Below, in pieces: positions 49,506 through 63,203 of a stretch of 64,000 nt of DNA (position 1 is its first letter; every line of letters begins with the position of its first letter). The position numbers were made by a program, and so were the translations under genes. A model generated the notes under the pieces. That model worked only from the letters and a program-made list of their open reading frames with translations, was not told the DNA's origin and did no database searches. The stretch covers positions 124,001-188,000 of the forward strand of contig NW_027191465.1 of the NCBI RefSeq assembly GCF_011745625.1. The letters run 5' to 3'. This DNA is from Cladosporium halotolerans (taxonomy: Eukaryota).

Positions 49506-50099
49506 GAGATTGAGCTGGGCTGCGCGCGGCTCCCTTGGGCGGTGGTGACATGGCGTCGGTGGCGGCTGATTGCGACTTGTCGGCGGCGTGAAACGCACGG
49601 CTGGCTCAGCGGGTGCGGCGACCGTTGGCGCCGGCGCCGTTGTGGTGCAGGCTAGTGGGCGGCGGCGGGTGCGGCAGGCCACGATGCGACGGATGGCGGG
49701 CGTGGCACTGCGCCTTGATGCCTTGAACGATAGCAGTAATGCCCACACTCACCACAGACACGCGGCTCCCGTGCATGCGAACATGGCCCATCCCGGACGG
49801 CAGCGAACGACGGGTCTGCGGGGAGTGGGTGCCGGCAGGGAAGGGCGGCGCGGGCTGCTGGGATGCGGTGCGCGGGTTCATTTGCAGCGCCACGGGGCAA
49901 GGCCGGCGCGCAGAGAGAAAGAGATACATAGAGTGAGTGGCAGAGGGCGAAAGGAGGCCGACAGTAGCAAGCCGGACTATCGTGCCTGGCTGTCTGGGAG
50001 GGCGTGTGAGGGTGGTGGGGCAGGGCGTTTGCGGGCGTGGGCGCCGGTGGGCAGGCGTCCGTGGCATCCTTAGTACAGCACAGTGAGCACAGCACGGGA

Positions 50100-50123
50100 G
50101 CAGCAGCAGCAGCAGCAGCAGCA
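50100..50123. repeat. (GCA)8 microsatellite upstream of STE20
   Basis: Read directly. Confidence 0.85.
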
Positions 50124-50753
50124 TGGGCCGGCATGCCTGTCTGCGATCGATCACAGGCCGGCGCGCGACTCGCCCGGCGAGCAGCAGCAGGAGCAGCACC
50201 AGTAGTCAGTGAGGTCGGCGTGTGCTCGCCCGTCATCACCAGCACCAGCACAAGCACACGGCAGATAGCCCGACTACCTTGCCTACCCTACCTTACCCTA
50301 CGGACTGACTCTGCTGCTATCAAAACTATACGCCTGCCCCGTCCCGCGCCCGCGCAGCACCACATGTCCTTAGTCCGCCGCTCTTCTGCCTGATTTGCGC
50401 CGTCCGCCCTGCTTTGCCCGTCGCTTGCGCGCCTGCGTTGCTTCTTCGTCTCGTCCCTTGGTCTCCGCCTTGCGTAGGTGGCCTTGCTGGCGGTTGCATC
50501 GCGCCGCCGTCTCGTGCGACTGATTGGCCGCGCCGCCGCCTGTCCTTCCAAGTGCCCACACCTCGCCCGCCGCCCCGTCCTGTTGCTTCGCCGCTACACA
50601 CGCATTCAGCACACGCATCAAGCCTCGCCAGGCCGCTTGTTTGTCCTCGCCAACCCTCTGCCTCCTCCCTCGTCCCCTCCACGCGCCATCGCGCCGCTGC
50701 CGCCACCGCCTCCGCCTCCGCCCAGCTCACGACTCTCTAAGCGAGCCCGCGGC

Positions 50754-53441
50754 ATGCAAGCCGACGCTGCCCACGCCCGCTCTTCCTCGACTCGCCGTCT
50801 GCGCAAAGCCCCTCCTTCCACCTCCTCCCACCACCACCCGCGTCGCCAGTCCGACCAGCCCAACGCTGCCGCCTCCACCCACCCGGCTGCGCCCGTCGCC
50901 GGCACCGCCTCTGACAACCACCACCCCACCGACGCTGCGCCGCCATACCACCTCGACCAGCCGGCCCGCCAGCACAGCGCACCAGCTGCCGGCCAGCCTG
51001 ACCCGCAGCCGCGCTACTCCCTCTCCGACAAGTCGCCCACCGACCTGCTCGGCCAGCGCTTCGACTCGCTCGCCGTCATCAACAGCTTCGACGCCATTTC
51101 CTACGGTGGTGCCGAGTCGCAGCCTCAGCAGCAGCCTCAGCACGACGCTCAGCCGCAATCACAGTCGAGACCCGAACTTACGCCCGCACTCGAAAAGCCG
51201 CATTCGGAACCCCCACCCCAACCAAAGCGCTCCGCCTCGACCTTCTTCCGCACCAATTCCACACGCAAGCGAGCCTCACTACGGATCGAACAAAGCCTAG
51301 CGGCAGCCGGTCGGCGGATGGAGGACCTCACACCGCGCGGCGGCGACTCCGGCACGCGGAGCCCGCGTCAGCGCTACAGCGATGAGGCTCGCGAGGGGAA
51401 CAAGCTGAAGAAGAAGAGTGGCTTCTCCAGCTTCATGAACAACCTCGTGGGCGCGCCCCGAAAACCGACCATCTCTGCGCCGGAGAACCCTGTACACGTT
51501 ACCCACGTCGGATACGATCAGAACACGGGAGAATTCACGGTATGCCTGCCCGCATATGCTGTCAAGCTGTAAAGTGTTTCATGATGTCTGCTAGCGTAGC
51601 ATGACATCTTTGCACTTTCCTACCCACGCAAGCTTCGAGTACTGACACCTCACAGGGTCTTCCTAAAGAATGGCAGCGCACACTCAAAGCCAACGGCATT
51701 ACCGAGCAGGAACAAAAGAAGAACCCTCAAGCGATCATTGATGTTGTCACTTTCTTCAACGAGCACAACGAAAAGCGAAGCGATGACTCACTATACCATA
51801 AATTCGACAATGCACGACTAAACGACAGCCCTCAGCAGCAAAATGGCATGTCACCAGGCCTGACGCCCGGTGGCTACAATCACGCCGGAAGCCCTCCCAA
51901 CAGCCCGCGTTTCCCCAAAAATGAGCCAGAAAGCTTCGAGAACCCCAGAGCCGCGCCTACGCCTTCAGGAAAGACACCTCAAGGTCTTGGACTCAGCTCG
52001 CCTTCAAGTCCCCGATCAAACAACAACGAATGGATGCCCTTACGACCAGCGCCAAAGCCACCAGGAGGCTCTTCAAACGCAGTGCCTACGAGGCCCGCGC
52101 CTCCTGCACCAGTTCAGCAGCAAGTTCAAACACCGCAAGACGGCCTTCCTCCATTGCGATATGGTGCACAGGAGCAATCTCCGAACCGAGGTCGATCAAA
52201 TACTGGTCCTGCGGGCCAGTACAATGCTTCGCCCGTCTCGTCACCTCAGCAATACCAGCAACAGCAGGAACAGGCTATGCGCGCTGCTCAACAAGCTCTC
52301 AAACAGCAATCACTTGATAGATCCCAGTCAACCAGGCAGCCGGGTTACTCCCATCAGCAGCAACAGCAGCAAGCGCAGCAATCACAACAACAGGCACTCG
52401 CTCCGTCACAAGCCGCTGCACTTGGCCCCGCGCCTCGACCAAGGCAAAGGCCTCGGCAATCTATCACAAACGCCGAAATCATCAGCAAATTGAACAACAT
52501 CTGCAACCCCACGGATCCTACAAAGAAGTTCCGTAACCTGGTGAAAATTGGCCAGGGAGCTTCTGGTGGCGTGTACACTGCGTTTGAAGTCGGCACCAAC
52601 AAATGCGTCGCCATCAAGCAGATGAATCTCGAGCAGCAGCCAAAGAAGGATCTCATCATTAACGAAATTCTGGTCATGAGAGACAGCAAGCACAAGAATG
52701 TCGTCAACTTCATGGACTCCTTCCTCGTGCGCGGCGATCTCTGGGTCTGTATGGAGTACATGGAGGGCGGCAGTTTGACAGACGTCGTCACGTTCAACAT
52801 GATGTCCGAAGGCCAGATCTCCGCCGTCTGCCGCGAAACGCTCCACGGCCTGCAATTCCTGCACTCCAAGGGCGTCATCCACCGCGACATCAAGTCCGAC
52901 AACATCCTCCTCAGCATGGAAGGCAACATCAAGCTCACCGATTTCGGCTTCTGCGCGCAGATCAACGAGTCCCACATGAAGCGCACAACCATGGTCGGCA
53001 CGCCCTACTGGATGGCTCCCGAAGTCGTCACGCGCAAGGAGTACGGGCGCAAGATCGACATCTGGAGCTTGGGCATCATGGCCATCGAGATGATCGAGGG
53101 CGAGCCCCCCTACCTCACCGAGTCGCCGCTGCGCGCGCTCTATCTGATCGCGACCAACGGCACGCCGGCGATCAAGGAGGAGCACAACCTGACGCCTGTC
53201 TTCCGCGATTTCCTCTCGTTTGCTCTCAAGGTGGACCCGGAGAAGCGCGCGAGCGCGCACGATTTGTTGAAGGTAGGAATTCTGCCGTCCCGTAATTGTG
53301 AGAAACGAGAGCACCGAAATTGACTTTTTGATTTTCTAGCACGCTTTCATCCAGACCGCCGAACCGCTCGCCACCCTCTCGCCGCTGGTCAAGGCCGCGC
53401 GCGTCGCGAGAGCCGAAGAGCGCAAGAACAAGGGCTCATAG
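50754..53441 (+). CDS. STE20: PAK family Ser/Thr kinase Ste20 (~834 aa, 3 exons)
   Basis: [31 protein letters not shown]; kinase [35 protein letters not shown]-terminal G-beta-binding-like [10 protein letters not shown]. No PH domain seen, so not Cla4. Introns 51540-51655 and 53273-53339. Confidence 0.95.
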
Positions 53442-54971
53442 ACAGCGACTTCACCACTTTCAAGGCTCGCCAGGAATCAACACCGATCTCCCGCGACCTT
53501 GAGTCTCGCTACGCCACCCATCCAGTGGCGTCGCACCGCCGAGTGGCAAGCACGGCACGCGAGATACCTTTCCATCCGCGTCGCGCTTGCGAACAAGGTT
53601 TTTCCTGGCCCATAAACCGGACCAACAGGCGAAGAATGAACCACTCTAGAGAAACGGAGGAACAGAAAGAGGAGGATCACCCAAGGGGATGGACGGATGG
53701 AAGGTATGAGGGATTGGGAGCCGTTCGCTCCTGCGCCGCGCCGCTCACGATAGGGCCCGAGGGCTCGCGGCCGGCCAGCAGGCAGGCAGGCAGGCAGGCA
53801 GACAGATAGATCAGATCATCCGGCCGGGAGAAGAGACGAGAAGGTTTTTTCTCGCGCTCGCCCGAGCCCACGACCCCAGACATCAAAGCAAGAAACACAC
53901 AAACAAACAAACACAAACGAAACGAACCCGCGGCCAAAAAAAGCAGCAAATGAAATCGAGAACGTCACCCTTTCCCTCTCCTGAAATCACATGACGCGAC
54001 GCGACACGAACGCCACTGCGACTGCGACTGTGAATGCGACTACAACCGCTTCGCTGCCGACTCACTCTCTCTCTCACCGATAAATCAAATCAAACCGGGC
54101 TCTAGCCGGAGGTGAAGTATGTCTTCTTTCTTATCTCTCCTTCTTCTCTATCTCTTTCCTTCTTTTCCCCGTCGACGCTCCTATATCATGTGGCGGAAGT
54201 GTCAAGGGCTGTGCTGTGCTGTGCTCTCATTTCGTTCGTTCGTTCGTGCCCCGCGCGGAGCGAGACTCGGAATGGGAATGGAAATCGGAGCCTTCGGATG
54301 GGGAGGGAGCGATGGAGTTGCGTTCCTCTTTTTCTTTCCTTTTCCTTTCCCTGGTCTCGGTTGGAGCTGAAGGCTGAGGATGCCGGGTCTGAAGGGACGG
54401 ACTGGGATTTCGTATTGGGGAGTGGGATGGGATGGGACGGCAACGGTACACGATATATCGATCGGATCTGCTTCTTTTTTTTTTGAGCAGAATGAAAGAG
54501 GACTTCCGCGATTTATGAGATCCTGTTTTCTTCTTTTGCTTTTCTTTGCGGATGTTTGTTTATGCGCTTGGGATGTGGCTCGGCCTTTATTTCTGTGCGA
54601 CGGTTCTGGTTTCGTGTTTGGATGGGATGGGTCTTGGGGGTGGGGTGAATGCCTCGCCTCGCGTCGCTGGCTGTTTTGGGCGGCGAGGTACAAGCCGGGT
54701 CATCATGCGGTGCGTGAGAAAGTTGTGGCCTTGGCTCTGGTCTGCGATACTATGAGGGATACCGGTCACTCCTTCGCGCCGTGGCGTGTGAGATGTGCGG
54801 AATGCCAGAGATCGGATCGCGGAAGAAGGGCGTAGGAGGTATTCGAACATGCTTTGACGAGCCCCGTCACAGTGCTCCTCTATATCTTGGTACACGTAGT
54901 TATACAATAGACATCCTCCCCAGGCAAACCACACCACACGACCCAGCTCTTCAATAAATTACACCCCTTTC

Positions 54972-56035
54972 CTACAACGGCTTCACACCCTTATGTATAG
55001 CCGCGATGCCAAAACTCAAATCCTCCCAGCCCTCGCTCCCAATCCCCTGCCCGGCGCCCTCCCGCCCCTGCCCAGGCACCACAAACCCCGCCTCGCGAAT
55101 CATCCCTGCCCAATCCTCCTGCTTCGGGAAGCGCTCGATGCTCTCCACAAGATACTGGTAGCTATCCCTATCCGCCGCGACGACCTGGCCGATCAGCGGA
55201 ATCGCGCTGAACGACCACCGCTTGTAGACGGCGTTGAAGAGCGGGTTCGACAAGTTGGGCGCGAACTCCAGGCACGCGAAGACGCCGCCGGGCTTGAGGA
55301 CGCGGAAGGCCTCGCGCAGCGCGGCGTCCTTGTGCGTGAAGTTCCGGATGCCGAAGGCGACGGTGTACAGGTCTATGCTGGCGTCCGGGACGGTGTGCAG
55401 GTTCTCGGCGTTGGCTTCGAGGAAGGAGATGCGGTTCGCGGCGGCGTAGGGCGTGCTGGAGAGGCGCTTGCGGCCCTCGGCGAGCATTTCGGGGTTGATG
55501 TCGGAGACGGTGACGTGCGCGGTTGTGTCGCGGTTGAGGGTCGTGGCGTGGTCGAGCATGCGCAGGGCGATGTCGCCGGTGCCGCCGGCGATGTCGAGGA
55601 TGCGTTGGGGTTCGCGCGGGGTGGTGGAGGAGGAGGATGGGGAGGGGCGAATGCCGGGGTTGAGGCCGCGGACGAAGTGGTCTTTCCACAGGCGGTGGAT
55701 GCCGAGGGACATGAGGTCGTTCATGGTGTCGTAGCTGCTGGCGACGGAGGAGAAGACGGTGGCCACTGTTGGGAGCGGTGTTAGACTCTGTTCGGCGGCT
55801 CTGAAATGCTGCAAAAGTGTATCTTCATACCTTTCGAGGCCTTCAGACTCTCCGCGACAGTCTCATATCCAAAATGCGTCGTCTTCTCAGCCTCCTTCCT
55901 CTGCTGCTCGGGCGTCTGCATTGATCGGTTCGTGGAGGCGAACGACCGCCTGCAGCTGTTGCACATCCATCCTGCAGCCGTGGGCTGCTGCGCGATTCTT
56001 AAGCGCTTCGAGGCGCGCGAAATGTGGGAGGACAT
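54972..56035 (-). CDS. COQ5: Ubiquinone biosynthesis C-methyltransferase, mitochondrial (~332 aa, 2 exons)
   Basis: Basic targeting-like N-terminus; TTHFGYETV; YDTMNDLMSLGIHRLWKD; ILDIAGGTGDIA; YTVAFGIRNFT; YQYLVESIERFP. Intron 55830-55766. Confidence 0.96.
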
Positions 56036-56420
56036 GGCCGGGGTGGTGTTCGAATAAGGTGTTTCCAGGAAAGGAAAGTCGCCAGCGCTCGAATGATGAT
56101 GAGGCCTGCGACCTGCGGCTTGAGATCTCCACCGGAGGGTTCACCTTCTAGCGCGGAGCTTGGCGAGATAGACTTTGGCTGCCCGCAGAGCCGCTTAAAG
56201 CAACGACATCACATGTACATGGGACGAAGAACAAACTGTACCTACATTGTCTGGCCAAAAGCAGTGCTTCTAGTGGCTCATACAAATATCACGTTACTTA
56301 AACGATTTGACAATCACATAGCCATGACCAAGTCGTCCTGTAACAGCCTCAAGCGGGCCCCAGTATATGTCCGGCTCTACCTGACAATTACTTCCACCTA
56401 TGTAAGCACAAGGCAGATCA

Positions 56421-59400
56421 TCACCACAGATCCCCTTCCTTGTCGTCGTCCCACAACTCCTGCTGATACCCCTTACTCTGCGGCTGCCGGTTCGAGCCGT
56501 AGCCCATGTAATCGTGTGTAGAAGCAACGCTGTAACTCTTACCTCCTGCTGGTTTGCCCCTCTGCTGCTGTTGCTGTTGCTGCTGGGGCGCGGCGTAAGA
56601 CGAGCCCGAGGAGCGGAAGTCGGGCCACTCGCTGGCGGCGGACTGCTGCTCTTCGTCCGAGGTGCGGCGGTCGGAGGCTTCGCTGTCGGTGCGAGCGGCG
56701 CCGGCGGCCTGCTGTTGCTTCTGGGCTTCCTGGCGTTTGGCGTCGGCCGAGGCGGCTTCCTTGTTCGTCTGTACCTGGAGTAGCTCGGAGAAAGTCAGCA
56801 CATCAACCTCCTACGACCAAACTTGCACGATCAACTCACCTCCTGCCACTTCTGGTACTCGCTGTACTCCGACGGTTGGGAAGCCTTTTCGCGCGCCCTC
56901 GCCTCCTCCTGCTCCTTCTTCCGCTGCTGCGCCGCCTTCTGCTGCGGACTCGCGGGGATCTGCATCTGCGGGTGCATCATCTGCACCTTGGCCAGGTAAG
57001 AGTACATGAAGTTGCTCAGCAGGACCTGCGAGTAGAGGGCGCGACGCGGGTTGGCGAGCTTGATGTGCGCCATGCGGTAGATGGCGCGCTCCTCCAGGAT
57101 GCTGAAGCGGGTCCAGTTGTAGTCGATGTCTGGTTTGAGGATGCGGGCGGCGGGCTCCGGGGAGGGCTCGCGCTCGGACTTGCGTTTCTTCGCCTTCAGG
57201 TCGGTGTCGGAGGTCTTCTTCTTGCCGCCGAAGATGGCTGAGAGCAAGCCGGGCTCTTTCGCGTCCTTTTCCTCCTTACCGGCCTTGGCTTTGGAAGAAG
57301 CCTTCTTGCTCTCCTTTTTCCGCTCGTCTTCCAGCTTGATGTCGTCTCGGTTGAGCACGACGCTCTCGCGTCCTCGGGCAGGCGTGGTGCCGTCGATTGA
57401 AGTCTGCAGTAAGTCCAGGCGAGTTTTGTCTTGTGACTTGCCAAGCTTGCCACCTTTGTCTTCCGACCCTCGCCTCTCCTCCTTGTGATGCTTCTTGTCC
57501 TTCTCGTCGTCATCGGCACCTAGAATCCACTTCCAGCTACTCTTTCGTCCGCCTTCCTTCTTCTCTGCCTTCTTCTCCTCGAACGTCGGTACCATAGTAA
57601 GAGCATCCGTTCGGGTGTTGCCGCTACCTGGCAGTGGTGAAGGGTGCGAGCTGATGTCATCCAGAGAATGCGATGCGTTGGCCGTTCGTTGCTGGCCTGG
57701 TGCGGGACGCATGTGAGCGCCGCCACGTTGACGATGCACTTCATGTGAGGATTTCCGCTCGGGAAATTGTTGCTGAGATGGATGTTGGGGTGCTTGATGG
57801 TGCTGTGCTTGCGGTGGCGCTTGCTGTGGTGGCTGCTGTTGCTGTTGCTGTTGACGCTGCTGTTGCTGCTGTTGGTACGTCGGATTTGCAACAGGAACCT
57901 TTTTCCCATCTGGCAGGATCTCTACGATATTAGGCAATGGATTTTCATTGTTGTAGCCAGGCAATTGTGCTGATGTTCGTCCAGGACCGGCAATTCGAGA
58001 CTGGAACTGCTTTTGCTGTGGAGCATTAGGGTGCCGCTGGCCTTCCGACTCGTCTTCAAGAGAGGGTCTAGGTCGGACTTGTGAGGTAGTAGGTGTCTCT
58101 GGCTGCGTTCGCTGCTCAGGCTGGCGCTCAGGTTGTCGTTCCGGTTGACGTTGCTGCTGAGTCGGTACTTGAGGCACTGAAGGAGTCTGCGGCGGCTCTT
58201 GCCGTGCGGTATTGCCAGCGTCGGACTCGTGTTGACTTTGCTCTCGTCTCGCAGCCAATCGACTCTGCTCTTCCTCGGCGGAGTCCTTCGGTGGAGGCGT
58301 GGGCTTGGTTGGCACTCTGGTCGACCCTAGAATAGCATCGTCTGCCGTTTGCTGCACAGGCGAAGGCACAGGCGGCTCTTCATGGTCATCACTTCTCCGT
58401 CCCAAAGCTCGCCTCGGATAAGGCGGGCGCTCCTTCCGCTGGCTTCCTCGTCGGTAAGTGGTATGTGTAGAGCGTTTCAGTCTCGGACCTCCAGGTGGCA
58501 GAATAGGCATATCCTCTTTGGCTGGAATTTCCACTCCGGAATCGTGAGATCTGCGCTCGGTATCGATGCTGATGCGCTGAATAAGTTCCGCGGCATCCTC
58601 TGGCATTTCTTCCAATTCGGAAAGCTTGGGGTGGCCGTCATTCTGCGCGCCACGTGATCGTTTTCGCTCCAGTCGCTCGGCTCCATCCTGGTAGTCGTCT
58701 CGACTGTGGACCTGCCGTGACAGCATACTCTTTTTCCGCTGGAGTCCACCGCTTGCATTCGAACCGGACCTACTGAGGCCGCCTGGTGACAGGCCGTCAT
58801 CGCTGCCGCTGGTTCTTCTTACTCTATCGACTCGCTCTTCGAAGAAGTTTTTGAATTCCTTGGGAGCCAATTCCGGGTGGAGTCTCGCTGGTACCCAGAA
58901 CATCTTGCCGGGGTCATCTTCGTCTGCCGATTGACTAGGAGCCACAGTGGGGATTCCGCCGAAAGAAGGGAGGTCAGGGTCTGCCATATCAACGTTCATC
59001 GACATACGCCTGATGGCTTGCAAATTGCTCAATTCCTGAGCCACAGCCGCAGGGCTCGACTCGCTGTCGATGTCATTGAGCTGAAACGTATTGTCCCCAT
59101 TCGATCGAGTGCTCGAGTGTCTGCTCAAGTTCGGCGAGCCTTGTTCCCCTTCGTTCTCCGCTCCAAAGCTCCCTGCCCTGTTCAGGCCCCTAGGCTTCCC
59201 TGATCCATCGCCGGGACTTGTGGGCACCCGTTCGTTGCTTTCTCTTCTCCCGAGTGGCGTCCGCGGTGGACTCGAATGCTTCTGAAAATATTCCGGGTTG
59301 CGTTTCGTAGAAATAGTGTCCGCCGGCGAGCTGACGAAGCTCAGCGGCCGCGAGGAGTCGGGCTTCATGGTCTCGTCGGTCGGCGAGTTGCCGTAGTAGC

Positions 59401-59805
59401 TGCCAATGGCCTCCGTTACGTGATGGGCGTCGTCGCTGATGGAGATCTGAGGCACATGGCCGCGCCGGGGCCGAGACTGGTATGCCCGTTCCAGCTCTTG
59501 CTGTCGCGTGGAGGGCTGTTGGAGCGCACAAGGGCAGGGTCAGCGAGCGGGTTCAAGGCGGTGGAGGGGTCACGCGAGCGCGACTGTCTCAGTCGATCGC
59601 TGTTTCGGATGGTCGGGAGGTGCTTGCGCGGACGTGAAATGGGGATGGCCGCACGTGCGGCGGAGGGTGCAGATCGCTCCGTGAGCCGCGGCGTGTCGGG
59701 CGGCGGAGCGGTGCAGACGGGCAGGAGGGGTGGAGGAGCGCGGATGGGCGCGAGGCGCGGTGCAGATGTGAGGGAGGAGGGAGGGGAGGAGGAACCCACC
59801 TGCAT
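56421..59805 (-). CDS. ZDS1: Zds1-like PP2A regulator / silencing protein (~1011 aa, 3 exons)
   Basis: Zds_C motif WTRFSILEERAIYRMAHIKLANPRRALYSQVLLSNFMYSYL; N-terminal FWVPARLHPELAPKEFKNF. Inferred 6-nt first exon ATGCAG (59805-59800); introns 59799-59516 and 56839-56775. Confidence 0.9.
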
Positions 59806-60730
59806 GTTCGCGATCGGCCGCGAGCAACGTCCGGCCTCTCGCCCAAGCCTCGCAGTAGGTCGATCGTCGGCGTATACGAGTGCTGGGCGGCAGCAGCAAG
59901 TTCAACGGCGGTGCCAGCACCAGACGCTGGACCCCTGTCCCAGCAGCGAAGCGTGAAGTATGATCTCACTGCTCAGGCAGCCCGGCCGCGGATCTGGCGA
60001 CTTGGAGAGAGCGGAGCGGCGGCGGGCATGGAGGAGGTGGGAGGGCGATTTATCGGCGTGTCATGGCTGGGCGATGCGCAACGGTCGTCGGCGGTGGAGC
60101 TGCCTCACGCTGTCGCTGGCGGGCTCGCGGGCAGGCACTAGGCTGGCAGACCTGCGCCTCGCGGGCGGACAGGCGGCGGAGCCTGGGCTTGGCGCGCATT
60201 CGCGGTGGGTGCCTTGGTGGACGCCCGACGGTGTGGGGCCCGCCTGCCCTGGCGCTGCCGCTGCTGTGGCTGATGACGACGAGGGCTGTCGCGGTGATAG
60301 GCTGGCGGGCAGCGCTCAGGGGCATGGCGGGAAGTGTGTATAGCACGCCGTATGCGATGTAGGTCAGCGGCTGGACTACACACGTCGATCGACCATTATC
60401 AGGTCAGCACATATCCATCATACAGTCTGAAGACAGCCACTCCTGGCAACAACTCGCGTGGTGGCGCACTCGTCACTCTCTCACGTCGTGCCTGTGCTCC
60501 TCCGGCGGCTCAAGGGCCTCCCTGTCCGTACGGATTGCTATAAAATTAGACGTCTTCTACGCCGCGCCCTAGAACGCTGCACGACCGCCTTGCTGACACT
60601 TGCCGGGGCCCTGCCCGACGCGATGATCTAACTATGCAATTTTTGTACAGTATAATCGGAGTTGGGTATCATTACAAAATCTGCCCCTTTGCTGCATCGG
60701 AGCCATGGTGTGCCGGGATCAACACTCGCT

Positions 60731-62682
60731 TCAAGGCGACGCTACTGCTTTCTTCCAAATCACCACGCCCGCCGCAACGGCCACTACAGCAGCTCCGACG
60801 CCCATCGCCGCCATGTTCCAATCCACGCCGTCTTCCTCCTCGGTCTTGGGGAAAGCCAGGCTCGGCTGCGTCGCACACTCTGCCAGGCCTACAAAGAAGT
60901 CTCCGATACTGCGCCACCGTACGCTCACGTGGAGTGGCTTCGGCATCTTGAGTCCCTCACAGTAGGCGTCCGGCTGCACCTCCGTCCTCTGCACGGCGCG
61001 GTCGCGGTCTGCCTTCAGAGCTGCGTAAACGGAAGGCAATGAATTCAAGGCTGGGTAGCGCTCTCTCAGCTCCCGCACGTGGGTGAAGCTGTCGGGGTCT
61101 GACGAGTCGTAGGTGTAGCATATGAGATCGCATGCATCGAGCTTGACCTGGTTTTCCAGAATGGCGGGTTCCAGCTCGCCAAGCTCTGAAAGTATCAGGT
61201 AGCACTGCTTGCCACCCTGCAGCTCCACGCTGTTGACTGCAGTCTGTGGCTTGATTGTGGGGTGATATGTCGCGTCGAATGGCCGGTTGAGGAACGCATT
61301 CAGAAGCGCGCTCTTGCCACTGTTAGGGGCACCTAGAACGTAGCAGTGGAAGACGCTGCGCTCGACTTTGTTCCCGGGTCTGTTGCGCCGCTTGCGCGGT
61401 TTGGTCACTTTCAATGCTGCAGTGGTATTCTTCGCGTCAGGTGATTCGAAGCCGAGGTAGGCCAGATACTCGAGTGTTGTCTTCGGTTCCTCGAAAGTCG
61501 TCATGCTCCACTGGGCGAGCCAGCCTTGAAGAGTGATATAGCCGGCTTCATTCCTGACCGTGCAGCTCGGAAAGTCAGATTCCATCCATGAGAATGGTAT
61601 TCCTGGCGTGGGTGCGAACAGCGTCGCAAGCTCCGAGTCGCTGAGGCCACCGTCATTATCTTTGTCATGCAGAAGGAAGAGATCCACGAAGAACCTGTAT
61701 CCAGCGGGAGCCAGCTCTGCAGACGCAAAAGCCGGGACGTCGAATCTGGGATGCAAGAACGTGTCTTTCAGAGACAGACTGTCCGCATATTGGTGCTTTC
61801 GCAAAATGATCCAGACCGTCTCGTGTCGCCCTTTCTCCGCGAACATCTTGTTCAGTAGTAGAAACCCTTCAACATCGATTCCTTGATCAATCTCATCTCC
61901 AGTGTCTGGCGACCACCGCTGAATCGTCCGCTTGATGTTTGCCAGCTCTTCCTCTGACAAGTCCTTGTCAAAACACCTCCGTTGAAACTCATGCAGCTCA
62001 TTGTCATTCAGCACTCCGTCCTGGTCCTTGTCACTCAGCCAGAAAACCCGCTTCAGAGCCTCGACTGCCGCGGGCTTCATATTGCCCTCTTTCGAGTCGT
62101 AGATCGGCGCGATCGGATGTGTAACCGCTTTCTGGCAAAGAAAGAAGACCTCGTTGATATTGTGGTGCTCCATCGCGCTCGTCCGGATACACGAGTCGAT
62201 TTCTTTAAACTCAGCCATAACAGGCAGCATCTCCTCTTCCACAACCTGCGCGGTACTGCTACCCACGGGCGCGAGATCACTCTTGTTCGCGCATAGAACC
62301 ACTGGCACGTTCACACCAAGCGACCGGAAATAGGGCATCCAGAAAAGTGCGACGCGCTCATAGCTGTAATGGTCGCTGTACACCAAGAGGATGACGTTGC
62401 ATTTGCGCACTTCCTTCTTGAGGTTTTCGCGCTCTTGCGGCACAGAGGCCGTGTCGACGATCGTTGTAGTGACATTCTCTGGCGTGCCTAGGCTAGGAGG
62501 GAGAGTGATGGGCGGTAGGACTGGCTGGAGGGGCGTGGTGACGAAGTTGTCCTTAACCAGGCTGGTCAGGAGGGAGGACTTGCCCACCTGCTCGTCGCCG
62601 CAGATGCATATTCGTACTGTGGAAGGCGTTAACGAATGTTTGCATGCGAGATCCCAGCGCAAAGCAACTCACCAGTGGCCAT
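60731..62682 (-). CDS. GEM1: Mitochondrial Rho GTPase Miro/Gem1 (~631 aa, 2 exons)
   Basis: [20 protein letters not shown]-hands [12 protein letters not shown] and [12 protein letters not shown]; second GTPase GAPNSGKS; C-terminal TM anchor. Intron 62672-62617. Confidence 0.97.
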
Positions 62683-63203
62683 GAGGAAGCTCGGTGGGTG
62701 TCGGATGGACAGAAGCCGATCGACGGCAATGCGGGCGAGCTCGGCTGATGATTGTCGGACAGCGCGTTGGCCTGCACGTGGCTGGTTAAAGCTTAACCCT
62801 GTCGTCCCCTTGCGTCGTCCATACTTTCGGGCGCGAGGGAGATACAGAAGCTCACGTGGTGCTGACGATTGCGAATGACCTATCCTTGCGACTCGATATC
62901 GACCTGCCAAAGGCTGGGAGGCCCGAAGTCGCCCGCCCAGACACTCGCAAGATGCCGCCGCCCATCTCGCTTCCCCAGTTCTTTGGACCCCGCTTTGGGG
63001 AAGATGGCGCAGTCGACCTTGCCGTTCTCGCGCCGCATGCGACCAACCGACATAACTACCCTGTCTCTTTGACTACCGCCCGTCACCCATAGACGACCTC
63101 CGGTCAAATATACCCCTGCGCTTGGTATCGCACCGGGACATGCGCGACATCTCTTGAACAACAACACCATTCATCCGGCTGGAAAGCCGCCAGCTGAGCT
63201 GCC

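Noticed and set aside
48324..50730. ORFs with poly-His, poly-Trp, poly-Gln or poly-Leu tracts
   Set aside because: These are translations of intergenic microsatellites with no domain content.
54993..55784. 263-aa ORF antisense to COQ5 (similar cases at 52406-53314 and 44406-45236)
   Set aside because: Shadow ORFs caused by high GC3 codon bias of the real genes on the opposite strand.
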